NCBI GenBank assembly: GCA_965217865.1
Contig: CBDCJO010000001.1
Coordinates: 64,001-128,000 of the forward strand
DNA: 64,000 bases
From: Candidatus Latescibacterota bacterium
GTDB lineage: Bacteria; Latescibacterota; UBA2968; SICM01
Direction: 5' to 3'
The notes under the pieces are model-generated. The model saw only the letters and a list, made by a program, of their open reading frames with translations, did not search any database and was not told the origin of the DNA. The translations under genes and the position numbers were made by a program. The stretch's first letter is position 1. Each line of letters starts with the position of its first letter. Below are positions 49,947-59,569 of the stretch, in pieces.

Positions 49947-50651
49947 TCACCATTCCTCCCCCACGTATCTGGGGCCTGTGACCACAGCCCGCCGCTTTTT
50001 TTGTGAATCCCGCTCCTTATTCTGAACTGCATCCAGGATGCGCTCGGCCTCCTCCTTTGTGAACTCTCCCTTTTCGCGGGGAGGGGACCTCTTTTCTTCT
50101 TCCTTCCTATCTTGGTTGTCGTCTTTTTGATCCCCGTCCTTATCATCGGGGTCATCCCCCCGACCATTTTTTTCATCCTGCTTTTCCTCTTCCCCCCCGC
50201 CTTTTTCCTCAGCTTTTTGTTCCTTCAGCTTTTCATAGGCCAGTTCAAGGTTATATTTAAAATCTCGGTCCTCGGGTTTTAAACTTAATGAACGTCGATA
50301 GGAGGCCACGGCTTCTTCGAAACGCTCTTTTTTAAAGAAACCGTTGCCAAGATTGTAATGCGTCTGCGCCTCGAGTTCCCGATCCCGGATCCCGAGTTCG
50401 AAGGCCTTCCTGTAGGCCTCTATCGCCTGGTCGTACGCCTCCTCCTGGTAGAGCGCATCACCGATGTTGAAGTGGATCTCAGGGGACTCCGGGTCGCTCA
50501 GTTGGGCGTCCCTGTAGAGTTTCAGCGCCTCTTCATATCGCTTTTCATGATATAAGCGGTTCCCCTCGTTGTTCTTTGATGGGGCGGAGTCTCCTAAACC
50601 CGTGCCAAGGAACCAGATGGCCACGCAGGCAAGAATTCGAATCAGGTTCAT
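49947..50651 (-). CDS. batC: BatC-like TPR protein
   Basis: Signal peptide, TPRs, YNLELA, charged linker, EAERILDA...W ending. Confidence 0.8.
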   Translation of the reverse strand: MNLIRILACVAIWFLGTGLGDSAPSKNNEGNRLYHEKRYEEALKLYRDAQLSDPESPEIHFNIGDALYQEEAYDQAIEAYRKAFELGIRDRELEAQTHYNLGNGFFKKERFEEAVASYRRSLSLKPEDRDFKYNLELAYEKLKEQKAEEKGGGEEEKQDEKNGRGDDPDDKDGDQKDDNQDRKEEEKRSPPREKGEFTKEEAERILDAVQNKERDSQKKRRAVVTGPRYVGEEW

Positions 50652-50698
50652 TGCATTTTCCATTTTGTACTTTGCATTTTGCATTTTCTCTCTGCCCG

Positions 50699-51724
50699 CT
50701 ACTCAAACCTTCCCCGCCACTCCCCTTTCAGCTTCCTGCGATCCGACAGAAAGGCCTCAGCTGCAAAACACATCACCGCCAGAACCAGAGGATATTGATA
50801 CCGGTCTTCGAACTGGGTCATTCGTTTGGAAGAAACCTCCCGCTGTTCCATGGTGGAGATATCATCGTAAACCCTGTCGAGCTCGATCCCGCTGGTTGTA
50901 CTCCGGTAGTACCTCCCGTCGGTGACCAGGGCCAGCTTCTCCAGGATGGTTTCGTCCATCCTGGACTTGACGAAACGTCCTTTCCTGTCCCTCAAGTAAT
51001 CCAAGGCCCCCCGCTCACCCCTTACCGGTATCAATTCTCCCTCCCGGGTTCCAACACCGATGGCGTAGATTCGAATCCCCTCTTCCGCGGCCTGGCGCGC
51101 GGCCTTCAACGGATCCCCTTCGAAGTCCTCGCCGTCGGTCACGAGAATCAGCACCTTGTATTTTTTCTCCTCCGGGTCAAACGCCTTGGCGGAAACCCGG
51201 ATCGCTTCACCGATCGCAGTGCCGTTTACCGGAATGAGCCCGGAATCGACGGCCTCGAGAAACAATTTGGCGGCACCGTAGTCGAGCGTCAACGGACACT
51301 GTACGAATCCCTGGCCTGCGAAAGCAACGATTCCGATCCGATCGCCGTCCAATTTGTCGATGAGCGTCCCGACCTCTCGTTTTGCCCGTTCCAGGCGATT
51401 GGGACGAATGTCCTCCGCCAACATGCTCAAGGATGTGTCCAGTGCCACCAGGATGTCCACACCTCTCCGGCGGACGATCTCTGTCTTCGTGCCAAACTGG
51501 GGTTGCGCCGCTGCAATGGTGAGGAAAAAAAGGCCGGCAAGAATCAGCCCCGCCTTGAAAACCTGACGCCCGGCACTAGTCGCCGCCATCAGCTTGTGGA
51601 CGAGCTCAAGATTACCGAACCGGCTCAAGGCTCGCTTTTTTCCCCGGAACGCCAAAAAGTAGAAAGCGGTAAATAGCGGCAAAAGCAGGAGCAGGTAAAA
51701 ATATTCAGGTGCTTCGAAACGCAT
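50699..51724 (-). CDS. batB: BatB-like VWA domain protein
   Basis: DTSLSM MIDAS motif, PNRL..AK, PLT.DY, TDGED. Confidence 0.85.
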   Translation of the reverse strand: MRFEAPEYFYLLLLLPLFTAFYFLAFRGKKRALSRFGNLELVHKLMAATSAGRQVFKAGLILAGLFFLTIAAAQPQFGTKTEIVRRRGVDILVALDTSLSMLAEDIRPNRLERAKREVGTLIDKLDGDRIGIVAFAGQGFVQCPLTLDYGAAKLFLEAVDSGLIPVNGTAIGEAIRVSAKAFDPEEKKYKVLILVTDGEDFEGDPLKAARQAAEEGIRIYAIGVGTREGELIPVRGERGALDYLRDRKGRFVKSRMDETILEKLALVTDGRYYRSTTSGIELDRVYDDISTMEQREVSSKRMTQFEDRYQYPLVLAVMCFAAEAFLSDRRKLKGEWRGRFE

Positions 51725-51758
51725 GGTTTAGCATGGGCGCAATATGCGCCCCTCCATT

Positions 51759-52751
51759 CTATGGAATCCTCCTGAACCGGGTATTCGCGAGAAAGACCTC
51801 CATGGTGATAAGCGCCAGGCTTGGGCCCAGGAAAAAACTAAAGAGATCTGCGTAATCGACATACTCCTTTGTCTTAATTTCCGTCTTTTCAAGTTGGCTG
51901 ATTTCGCGGTAAATAGCCTCAATCTTTGGGGAGTCTCCCCCACGGTAATAACGCCCCCCCGTGATTTGAGCGATCTCCTTGAGGACCTCTTCGTCGACTT
52001 CAACTTGCACCCGAACATAATGAGGGCCAAACAAGCCGTCAACCTTTTGCATGATAGTCCCTTCGCTGCCTGCTCCGATGGTGTATACTTTGACGCCGAC
52101 AGCTTCCGCGGCTTTTGCCGCAGTCACGGGATCGATCTCCCCCCTGTTATTCACCCCATCCGTCAGCAGAACAATGATCTTGCTTTTGGCCGGGGTCGTC
52201 CTCAGCCGATTCACAGCCGTAGCGACCCCCATCCCGATAGCCGTTCCATCCTCGATGATGCCGGTTTCAATGTTATCGAGCAGGGTTAAAAGAACGCCGT
52301 AATCGAGGGTCAGAGGGCATTGGGTAAAGCTCTCGCCCGCGAAGATCACCATCCCGATCCGGTCATTTGTTCGTCCCTGGATAAACTGTCTGACAGCCTC
52401 TTTGCAGACATCCAGGCGGGATTTTTTTTCATCCAGGTCTTTCGCCTCCATGCTGGTCGACACATCTACGGCAAGTATGATGTCGATTCCCTGAGTGAGA
52501 ACCTCTCGGCTCCGTTGCCCTAATTGTGGCCTAGCAAGGGCCAGGATCAGCAGGAGGAGCCCCGCGCACCGGAGGCCGATCAAGGTGTGGCGCCACTTTA
52601 ACGATACGGAAGGCCGAATTTGTTTGAGGACCCGGACGTCGGGGAAACGGAGGCTCCCCTTCTTTCTGGCTTCCTTTCTGATGTAAAGATAGACCAGCGC
52701 CGGGATAGCGAGTAGGAGGATAAGATAAAGGGGATCTTTGAGGTGAAACAT
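51759..52751 (-). CDS. batA: BatA-like VWA domain protein
   Basis: ALARPQ, DVSTSM, DGTAIGMG, LTDG.NN.G.IDP. Confidence 0.88.
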   Translation of the reverse strand: MFHLKDPLYLILLLAIPALVYLYIRKEARKKGSLRFPDVRVLKQIRPSVSLKWRHTLIGLRCAGLLLLILALARPQLGQRSREVLTQGIDIILAVDVSTSMEAKDLDEKKSRLDVCKEAVRQFIQGRTNDRIGMVIFAGESFTQCPLTLDYGVLLTLLDNIETGIIEDGTAIGMGVATAVNRLRTTPAKSKIIVLLTDGVNNRGEIDPVTAAKAAEAVGVKVYTIGAGSEGTIMQKVDGLFGPHYVRVQVEVDEEVLKEIAQITGGRYYRGGDSPKIEAIYREISQLEKTEIKTKEYVDYADLFSFFLGPSLALITMEVFLANTRFRRIP

Positions 52752-52773
52752 AATATTGGATCAGACTCATGAG

Positions 52774-53736
52774 TCACGGTCGGTTCTGGATCAGTGACTT
52801 TTCTGCGTCTCCTTCAGGAAGACGCATCGTTTCCCTGACAACATCCTTCGCCCGGTCGATGACCCCCTCCATCTCATCCTTCGGGGGAATGAGTTTGGCG
52901 AACTTGACAAGGTCGCAGTTGGACAGAAACCCGTCGAATTTGGCTACGGTGACGGGGTCCATCCGGGAGCTATTCATCTCAGAGAGGATCTCCCACGTCG
53001 TACGTTCCATCGCCTCTAAGGCATACCGTCGTTCGATATACCGGCGCATGGCATCCGAGACCAGGATGTAGTGCCTTTTGAACGCTCCTTTCTCAAGCAA
53101 ACCCAGAGCGGCGATTTTGTCGAATTCTCCAAGCTCGTCGATCGGCCTGGGAGGAGCTTTCTGAACCCCTCTCGCACCTGATCTCCTCGCCCGACGGCGG
53201 TGGATGAGATATATCGCAATCCCGATCAGGGAGAGCCCGATCAGAGTCCAAATCCACCATGGCAGGCCCCCGGCCAATTCCACGGGAGGCTTGACATCCT
53301 TTAGGACCTTCTCGTCCCCTTCTTCGATGACGCTTTGCACCGTGATCGGGATCGGATGGGTCCGGGCCTCTCCGGTGTCCCCTGAGGCCGTGACAAAAGT
53401 GATGGAGAGTGCCGGAATTTCGATGGCCCCCACCACATATGAGGTGAGGATATATCGGGCCGCCTCTTCGACTCCCCCCCCATCGACTTTCCTCAATTCC
53501 TCCTTTTCTACATCTCGAACCTCGAGTTCTCCGACCGCCTCGCGGATTTCGGGAAAGGACACGCGATCGGCCTCCCCCCGTCTGACAGTCAGTGAGTAGG
53601 TGATCGGATCACCCACCGTAATCGTCGCGCGGTCCACCTGACCCTCGACTGAGACCCCGCCAAAGCAGACCGAGGGGATCAGAAAACCCAGTGGAAAATA
53701 AAAATTACAGATTGCGAATCTCAAAAGCGACCTCAC
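52774..53736 (-). CDS. Bat-operon-associated membrane protein
   Basis: VDR..I.VGD.I, DVKPP plus TM helix, R.YIE.RY...A.E.TT.E, DLVKFAK; start uncertain. Confidence 0.75.
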   Translation of the reverse strand: MRSLLRFAICNFYFPLGFLIPSVCFGGVSVEGQVDRATITVGDPITYSLTVRRGEADRVSFPEIREAVGELEVRDVEKEELRKVDGGGVEEAARYILTSYVVGAIEIPALSITFVTASGDTGEARTHPIPITVQSVIEEGDEKVLKDVKPPVELAGGLPWWIWTLIGLSLIGIAIYLIHRRRARRSGARGVQKAPPRPIDELGEFDKIAALGLLEKGAFKRHYILVSDAMRRYIERRYALEAMERTTWEILSEMNSSRMDPVTVAKFDGFLSNCDLVKFAKLIPPKDEMEGVIDRAKDVVRETMRLPEGDAEKSLIQNRP

Positions 53737-53772
53737 CCCGCCTCGCAAGCTCGGCACCCCTCTCCCAACCTC

Positions 53773-53886
53773 ATTGAATATTGAATATTGGAAAATTGAA
53801 TATTTAAATAACTCAGGACTTTCTTATGTCCTTTATGGATCTTTTTGATCTTCAATCTTCAGTATTCAATCTTCAATCTTCAATTT
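53773..53886. repeat. Heptamer-armed inverted-repeat element, copy 2
   Basis: (TTGAATA)n - CTCAGGACTTTCTTATGTCCTTTATGGATCT - (TCTTCAA)n. Confidence 0.7.
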
Positions 53887-53955
53887 CCCCCCCTGACCTC
53901 CGGCCTCCGACTTCTGACCCCTGCCTTTTCCCGCCCGTCTCACATTTTTCAATCG

Positions 53956-55296
53956 TCAATCGTCAATATTAAATCCTTCAATCTTCAATCGCTCTTCAAG
54001 ATTATCCCACCTGGCTTCATAGACGGTTCCCCGACGGTCTGTACGGGCATAAATTCTTTTGCCGATCTTCCTCCCCAGGGTCAGTGTGAGAACAGGCCCC
54101 TCGTCGCCTGTCAACCGCACGGTGAGCCCCGGTCGATCAAAACCGAATTCAGCGGGACGGTCCGGGGACTCAGACACGAACCTTTTCGCTTCAAGGCCGA
54201 GGATGCCCCTTAAGATCGCATCCGCCCGCTTCGGCGCATTCCCCTCATCAAGGGGGTCTGCCCCTCTCCATAATCCATCCTTGCCCCTTTCGAACGCGAC
54301 CGTCGTATCCCTCCCGACCAGCTCCATCTTTTTCACCATTTTTCGTTTGAACTCCGCGAACATTTTGTACCGATAGGCGTCCGTCCCGGCGGCGATCGTG
54401 TTGGCCAGGCTGGTGTCCACCGCGAACACGGGAGGCCTTCCGTCGAACCGCGCATAGCGCCACCCACCCGTGGTCTCACCGATATCCAGAGTCTTCCGGC
54501 TCATCTCCTCGCCTTCGTAAATCGTGATTGAAGCCTTTGCCGGGTTCAGCCCATACTTTTCAATATCCTGAGGGATCTCTTCGATGAACTTCCGGATCCT
54601 TGGACCCGTTAAAGACCAGAGCAACCGCTTCACCGTCGTCAAGTCCCCCCGGTCCTCCAGAGGGCGCTTCATCCTCAAGGTTTCGTTCTCTCGTTCAAGG
54701 ACGATCTGACCGTTCGAAGCTGAGATCTCGATCCGCCTCACACCCTCACGTTCGAACGGGATGGCCCTCTTATCTCGCAGGTCGTAGAGCGTCTTCGGCA
54801 TCCCCCTCAGAATGGTTGTACTGACCGTCAAAATCTCAGGCTTCCCTGAGAGCTTGGCGTAGCTTTGCCCATTCCACATCATACTGTTGCCAACCAGAAG
54901 GGTATCGGCTCCTATGCCATCCACATAGACCCGATGGGAAGGATTCAAGATTCCATATTCGGCCAACTGTTCCCGGTCCGCCCATTCAACGACCGATTCA
55001 ACCCGTTCAATCGCATTCATGCGCATGACGATATCGGTTATTGCCCGGCGGTCCCCTGCCGTCTTGACGGGGAAACTGATGACCCAGGAACTGTCCGGCC
55101 CCCACTCGCAGATGACAGTCGTATCCCCAGTGGAAACGGTCATCCCGATGACACCATCCCGATCAAACCGGAACAAGAGCCTCTCAAGCCTGGCCTTCTC
55201 CGCCCTGATTTTCTCTCCCTTGTAGTCGTAGAAGTACCAGAACACCCCTGCTGCGATCAGAATAACTGCCAGGATGCCCGTGACCCTGAAACTCAT
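53956..55296 (-). CDS. DUF4340 domain protein
   Basis: N-terminal TM, three repeats ending in YGI/YGL/FGF..P, LRDK motif; follows the GldG-like gene. Confidence 0.8.
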   Translation of the reverse strand: MSFRVTGILAVILIAAGVFWYFYDYKGEKIRAEKARLERLLFRFDRDGVIGMTVSTGDTTVICEWGPDSSWVISFPVKTAGDRRAITDIVMRMNAIERVESVVEWADREQLAEYGILNPSHRVYVDGIGADTLLVGNSMMWNGQSYAKLSGKPEILTVSTTILRGMPKTLYDLRDKRAIPFEREGVRRIEISASNGQIVLERENETLRMKRPLEDRGDLTTVKRLLWSLTGPRIRKFIEEIPQDIEKYGLNPAKASITIYEGEEMSRKTLDIGETTGGWRYARFDGRPPVFAVDTSLANTIAAGTDAYRYKMFAEFKRKMVKKMELVGRDTTVAFERGKDGLWRGADPLDEGNAPKRADAILRGILGLEAKRFVSESPDRPAEFGFDRPGLTVRLTGDEGPVLTLTLGRKIGKRIYARTDRRGTVYEARWDNLEERLKIEGFNIDD

Positions 55297-55313
55297 AACA
55301 CGACCTCAAAGAG

Positions 55314-55402
55314 ATTGAATATTTTATTGAATATCGGAGAATTGAATATTTGAAAAACTCACGACTTTCTTGTGGTCCTCTAATCTTCAATCCTTGATCT
55401 TT
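55314..55402. repeat. Heptamer-armed inverted-repeat element, copy 3
   Basis: (TTGAATA)n - CTCACGACTTTCTTGTGGTCC - (TCTTCAA)n. Confidence 0.65.
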
Positions 55403-55459
55403 CGTCTCACGTCTCACGTCTCACGTTTGACGGTATTTCAATCTTCAATTTCCAATGCC

Positions 55460-56872
55460 CTACCGCCTCCGCCACCACACCCCAAATCCCGCCAAAAAAA
55501 CCAGACCCGGTATAATACCTATGACCAGATAGCTGATAAAGCTCCCCTGCATCTTATTGAGGTTGATCGGATTGAAATCCGACTCGCGCCTCCGGATGGC
55601 GATCTGGTCCTCCTCCTCCAGGAGCCAGCTAACGGAATTCAGGAGGAGGTCCCCGTTGCCTTGGAAGTTGAAGAACTGATTGGTCGCGAAATCCGAATCT
55701 CCGATCACCACCAACCGCGTGTTCTCCCGAACGGGATCCTGGGCTGCGGCCTCAAATGTCTTGGGGGTCGCGGATACGGCTACGGCAAGGGGAACCGGCC
55801 CCTTTCGATCCACTTTGGGATCGAATACCACCTTAAGTTTACGGTCCTTCGGCCGGCGGAGGGGAGACAGGTCGCGCTCCCCCCAACTTGCATTGGAAGT
55901 CTTCACGATCTCTGTCGTCTCCGCGTTCGACTCGGAATCTTTGGGTGACGCGGTAACGGATCGGACGAGCATGAAACTCGTCATAACCCCCTTCATTTTT
56001 GCCGTAATCTCGTGATCCGCATATCGGGTGGCCACCGGCATGGAGTAGTCGAGTCCGAACAGCCCCCCCACACCGCTGTTATCCACCACGAAGTCCTCTT
56101 CCAACTTCACCGAATACGATTCCAACAGGCCTTCCAGGCCGCTCTGGTGATCGGGATCGAGGAGGAGGAGGAGTTTCCCGCCTTTATCGAGGTATGACCC
56201 GATGGAATCGACCTCGGTGGGCAACAGGGTTTTCTTGGGACCGGAGATCACAAGCAGGGAACAGTCATCGGGAAGGGACCCTACCCGAGCAAGAAGAAGA
56301 GGATCCGGCTTGACCAGATAGTTGAGTTCCTGAATGCGGTCCCGCGATACCCCCATCCCGTCCCGCTCCCGGCTGATCAGGGGGTTTTCCCCGTGCCCGG
56401 TCAGGAAGTAGACCACCTTCTGCCTGTCCCTGGTCACCCTGACCATGCCGTTCGTGATATGCCGCTCCTCTTCGAACCCAACCTGTTCCTCCCTCTCCCC
56501 CGAGATCAAGACGATCGTTTTATACTGCCGGATGTTATATCGCCTTGCCATGGCCGGGGCCTTGTCGGGGTCGACGAATTCATACGACACCCGGTTCGTA
56601 TGATAGTCGTATTGCTTCAATAACGGCTCGATATTTTTCCGCTCTTCCGGGCGGTAGAATGCTATCATCCGCACATCCCGGTCCAACCCTTTCAGGACGC
56701 TCACGGTTTCATCCGACAAGCTTCGGAAGCCCCCCCTCGTCATATCGACACGATGGCGGTACTTGTTCGAAAGATAGTTAGCGATGATGATGATGGCCAG
56801 GAAGATCAGGACGGACAAAAATACGTTGGAGCCGTAGACAAACACCCGGCCTTTTCGATGGAAAAACTTCAT
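55460..56872 (-). CDS. GldG-like ABC transporter auxiliary component
   Basis: DMT....SLS.ET, VYFLTGHGE, VIGDSDF..N, N.DL.LNSV.WL, C-terminal TM plus RRR. Confidence 0.85.
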   Translation of the reverse strand: MKFFHRKGRVFVYGSNVFLSVLIFLAIIIIANYLSNKYRHRVDMTRGGFRSLSDETVSVLKGLDRDVRMIAFYRPEERKNIEPLLKQYDYHTNRVSYEFVDPDKAPAMARRYNIRQYKTIVLISGEREEQVGFEEERHITNGMVRVTRDRQKVVYFLTGHGENPLISRERDGMGVSRDRIQELNYLVKPDPLLLARVGSLPDDCSLLVISGPKKTLLPTEVDSIGSYLDKGGKLLLLLDPDHQSGLEGLLESYSVKLEEDFVVDNSGVGGLFGLDYSMPVATRYADHEITAKMKGVMTSFMLVRSVTASPKDSESNAETTEIVKTSNASWGERDLSPLRRPKDRKLKVVFDPKVDRKGPVPLAVAVSATPKTFEAAAQDPVRENTRLVVIGDSDFATNQFFNFQGNGDLLLNSVSWLLEEEDQIAIRRRESDFNPINLNKMQGSFISYLVIGIIPGLVFLAGFGVWWRRR

Positions 56873-56876
56873 GAGC

Positions 56877-57647
56877 TCAATGCCTCCATTTGCGTGATTC
56901 GAGAACCGTGTGGGTCAGGAACAGCCCAATGGCGATCAGGCTCATGAAAAAGGCCACGTCCCCCGTATCGATGACACCTCGTAGAAAGTCCCGCATGTGA
57001 GCGATGATCGACAAGTGCCTCAGGATGGCGCTGATCGGGGGTTGTGTCTGGTTCGCGGCAAAGTCGATAACCCACAACTGGATAAAGAAGAAGAAAGACA
57101 GGACCCCGGCCACGATCTGATTCTCCGTCATGGCGGAAGCCAGGATACCCATCGCCACGAAAGCCCCCCCGAAAAACAGGACGGCTGTGTAGGCCGCGGC
57201 CACCATCCCCCAGTCGATGTTCCCATAATATTCGGCGATCAGGATGTGTGAGAATCCGACAACCTCGATTCCAAGGAATAGGACCAGACATGCGGCAAAC
57301 TTTCCCATCAGGGTCTGGAAGGTGGTGATGGGAGAGGTAAGCAGGAGCTCGATGGTACCGGTCTTTTTCTCCTCGGCATAGAGGCGCATCGTCAGAAACG
57401 GGACCACCACCAGCCAGACGAAAAACTTCACCCCGAAATAAGTCGTAATGACCCACTCGTTCAGGTCCAGGTCCGGCATTCGTGTGGGTCGCTGGTAATA
57501 GGTCAGGCAAAGCTGGTTGAATTCCAACAGGAAATTCCTGTACATGAATCCCGAGAAAAGGAGCCAGACACCCGCCATGACATAGGCCACCGGGGAGGCG
57601 AAAAAGGAGCGTAATTCCTTTCCGAAGATTGCCGCGAAATTTTTCAA
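56877..57647 (-). CDS. ABC transporter permease (GldF-like)
   Basis: KEL.SFF.SP.AY, TMRL.AEE...GT.ELLLTSP, TENQI.A. Confidence 0.9.
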   Translation of the reverse strand: MKNFAAIFGKELRSFFASPVAYVMAGVWLLFSGFMYRNFLLEFNQLCLTYYQRPTRMPDLDLNEWVITTYFGVKFFVWLVVVPFLTMRLYAEEKKTGTIELLLTSPITTFQTLMGKFAACLVLFLGIEVVGFSHILIAEYYGNIDWGMVAAAYTAVLFFGGAFVAMGILASAMTENQIVAGVLSFFFFIQLWVIDFAANQTQPPISAILRHLSIIAHMRDFLRGVIDTGDVAFFMSLIAIGLFLTHTVLESRKWRH

Positions 57648-58597
57648 GGGCTAACCTCCTCTTCGCTGGTGGTCACCTCCGCAAAGATATCCTCAAGACT
57701 CATCTCGATCCTCCGCATCTCGAGCAGCCCTATCTCCTTCTTTACAAGGTGGGCGGCCAGGCCGGGTCGTAGATCCGTGCCGAGGGGACTTTCGACATAG
57801 ACCCGGGTCCTTCCGTCCTCGGGTTCCGCCCGATCCAAAATCACATCGGTCACCCCTTCAACCTCCCGCAAAGCAGCCTCCGCTTCGTCGTACCCTCCCA
57901 CCACCTCCAGAAACACCCGCTCCTTCCCCTTCATCCGGGAGGTCAGGTTTTCCGGGGTATCCACCGCCGCGATCCTCCCTTTGTCGATGATCACCACCCG
58001 CTGGCAGGTAATGCTGACTTCCGGTAGGATGTGCGTACTGAGGATAACCGTGTGGTCCCCGGCCAGGGACCGGATCAACGTTCTTACTTCTCGAATCTGG
58101 TTGGGATCCAATCCGACCGTGGGTTCGTCAAGGACGATCACGTCGGGATTGTGGACGAGGGCTTGCGCAAGTCCCACCCGCTGCCGGTACCCCCTGGAGA
58201 GTTTTTCGATCAACCGGTCGGCCATGTGGTCCACGCTGCATCGGACCATCACGTCGTCCACCCGGGTGTTTCGTTGATCCCTGTCCACGCCCTTGATCTT
58301 GGACACGAAGAGAAGGTAGTTTCTGACAGACATATCCCGATAGAGCGGGGGCTGCTCGGGCATATAGCCGATCCTCTTCCGGACCTCGATGGACTGCGAA
58401 AAGACATCGAAGCCCGCGACCTTTGCCTCGCCGGAGGTCGCAGGCATATAACAGGTCAGGATCCTCATGGCCGTGGTCTTACCCGCCCCGTTCGGACCCA
58501 GAAACCCGAGAATCTCCCCTTTCTCAACTCGAAAAGAGATGTCATTCACTGCCGACACCCGTCCGTATCGCTTCGTAAGATTCGAAACCTCGATCAC
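57644..58597 (-). CDS. ABC transporter ATP-binding protein (GldA-like)
   Basis: GPNGAGKTT, LSRGYRQRVGLAQA, LDEPT.GLDP.Q, STHIL. Confidence 0.93.
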   Translation of the reverse strand: MIEVSNLTKRYGRVSAVNDISFRVEKGEILGFLGPNGAGKTTAMRILTCYMPATSGEAKVAGFDVFSQSIEVRKRIGYMPEQPPLYRDMSVRNYLLFVSKIKGVDRDQRNTRVDDVMVRCSVDHMADRLIEKLSRGYRQRVGLAQALVHNPDVIVLDEPTVGLDPNQIREVRTLIRSLAGDHTVILSTHILPEVSITCQRVVIIDKGRIAAVDTPENLTSRMKGKERVFLEVVGGYDEAEAALREVEGVTDVILDRAEPEDGRTRVYVESPLGTDLRPGLAAHLVKKEIGLLEMRRIEMSLEDIFAEVTTSEEEVSP

Positions 58598-58627
58598 GAA
58601 TCAAACCTCCTCGGAAGGACACGGCGA

Positions 58628-59509
58628 CTAACGACGAAATCGCTTTGCCCTGGCCTGGAAAAACCGCATCAGCGGCTCAATATAGGGCTTGTCGGTCAGT
58701 ACATCCATCCTGTCAACACCCACTGAACGAAAGACCCGCTCACGGGAGACCCGGACGTCCTCGTTGGCTTGCCTGTAACGCCTCCTCACCCGGTCGTCGG
58801 ACGTGTCAACCAGGATCTCTTCCCCGGTCTCGGCATCCTCCAACTCTATGATTCCCACGTCAGGGAATTCCACCTCCCTGGGATCGGAGATCGTGACAGC
58901 CACCAGATCGTGTCGACGATTGGCCACCTTCAACGCAGATTCATAACCCGAGTCGAGAAAGTCGGAGAAAAGGAAAACAACGCTCCTCCGGGTCGTGACC
59001 TTGTTGAGGTAGTCCAGCGCGCCACCGATGTCCGTGCCCCGACCCCTTGACTGGAAATAGTAGAGCTCCCGGATAACGCGCAATACGTGTTTTCTCCCTT
59101 TCTTGGGTGGAATAAATTTTTCCACCTCGTCGGTAAAGATGATCAGTCCGACCCGGTCGTTGTTCTGGATGGCGGAGAACGCCAGAAGGGCGCACATCTC
59201 CACCCCGATCTCTCCCTTCATCCGGTCCACGGTGCCGAAGTCTCCGGAGGCACTGGCATCCACGATCAGAACGACCGTCAGTTCGCGTTCTTCATCGAAT
59301 ACCTTGACGAATGGGTGGCCCATACGGGCTGTGACGTTCCAGTCGATCGTGCGCACATCGTCCCCCGGCAGGTACTCCCGAACCTCCGCAAACTCCATCC
59401 CCACCCCCTTAAAGACCGATTGATATTCTCCTGAGAATACCGTATTGACCAGATGGCGAGTACGAAGCTCGATCGTTCGGACTTTTTTGAGGATTTCGTT
59501 CGGGATCAT
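58628..59509 (-). CDS. DUF58 domain protein
   Basis: G.EF.EVREY.PGDD.R.IDWNVTAR, EERE, SDF. Confidence 0.93.
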   Translation of the reverse strand: MIPNEILKKVRTIELRTRHLVNTVFSGEYQSVFKGVGMEFAEVREYLPGDDVRTIDWNVTARMGHPFVKVFDEERELTVVLIVDASASGDFGTVDRMKGEIGVEMCALLAFSAIQNNDRVGLIIFTDEVEKFIPPKKGRKHVLRVIRELYYFQSRGRGTDIGGALDYLNKVTTRRSVVFLFSDFLDSGYESALKVANRRHDLVAVTISDPREVEFPDVGIIELEDAETGEEILVDTSDDRVRRRYRQANEDVRVSRERVFRSVGVDRMDVLTDKPYIEPLMRFFQARAKRFRR

Positions 59510-59569
59510 GGGAGGATTGATCGCAAAGGGGAGAGGAGGAAGGAATCCTTCACGAAACTTTGAGAAGGA

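Noticed and set aside
49770-50025. ORFs 49770..50006, 49822..50025 and similar ones at 53845, 55370, 45386, 33972
   Set aside because: Largely translations of heptamer tracts (FNLQSSI, QNTEYR patterns), not credible proteins
55460-58597. Gliding motility system
   Set aside because: GldA/F/G-like ABC cassettes are widespread in non-gliding bacteria, and no gldK-N or spr genes are present here
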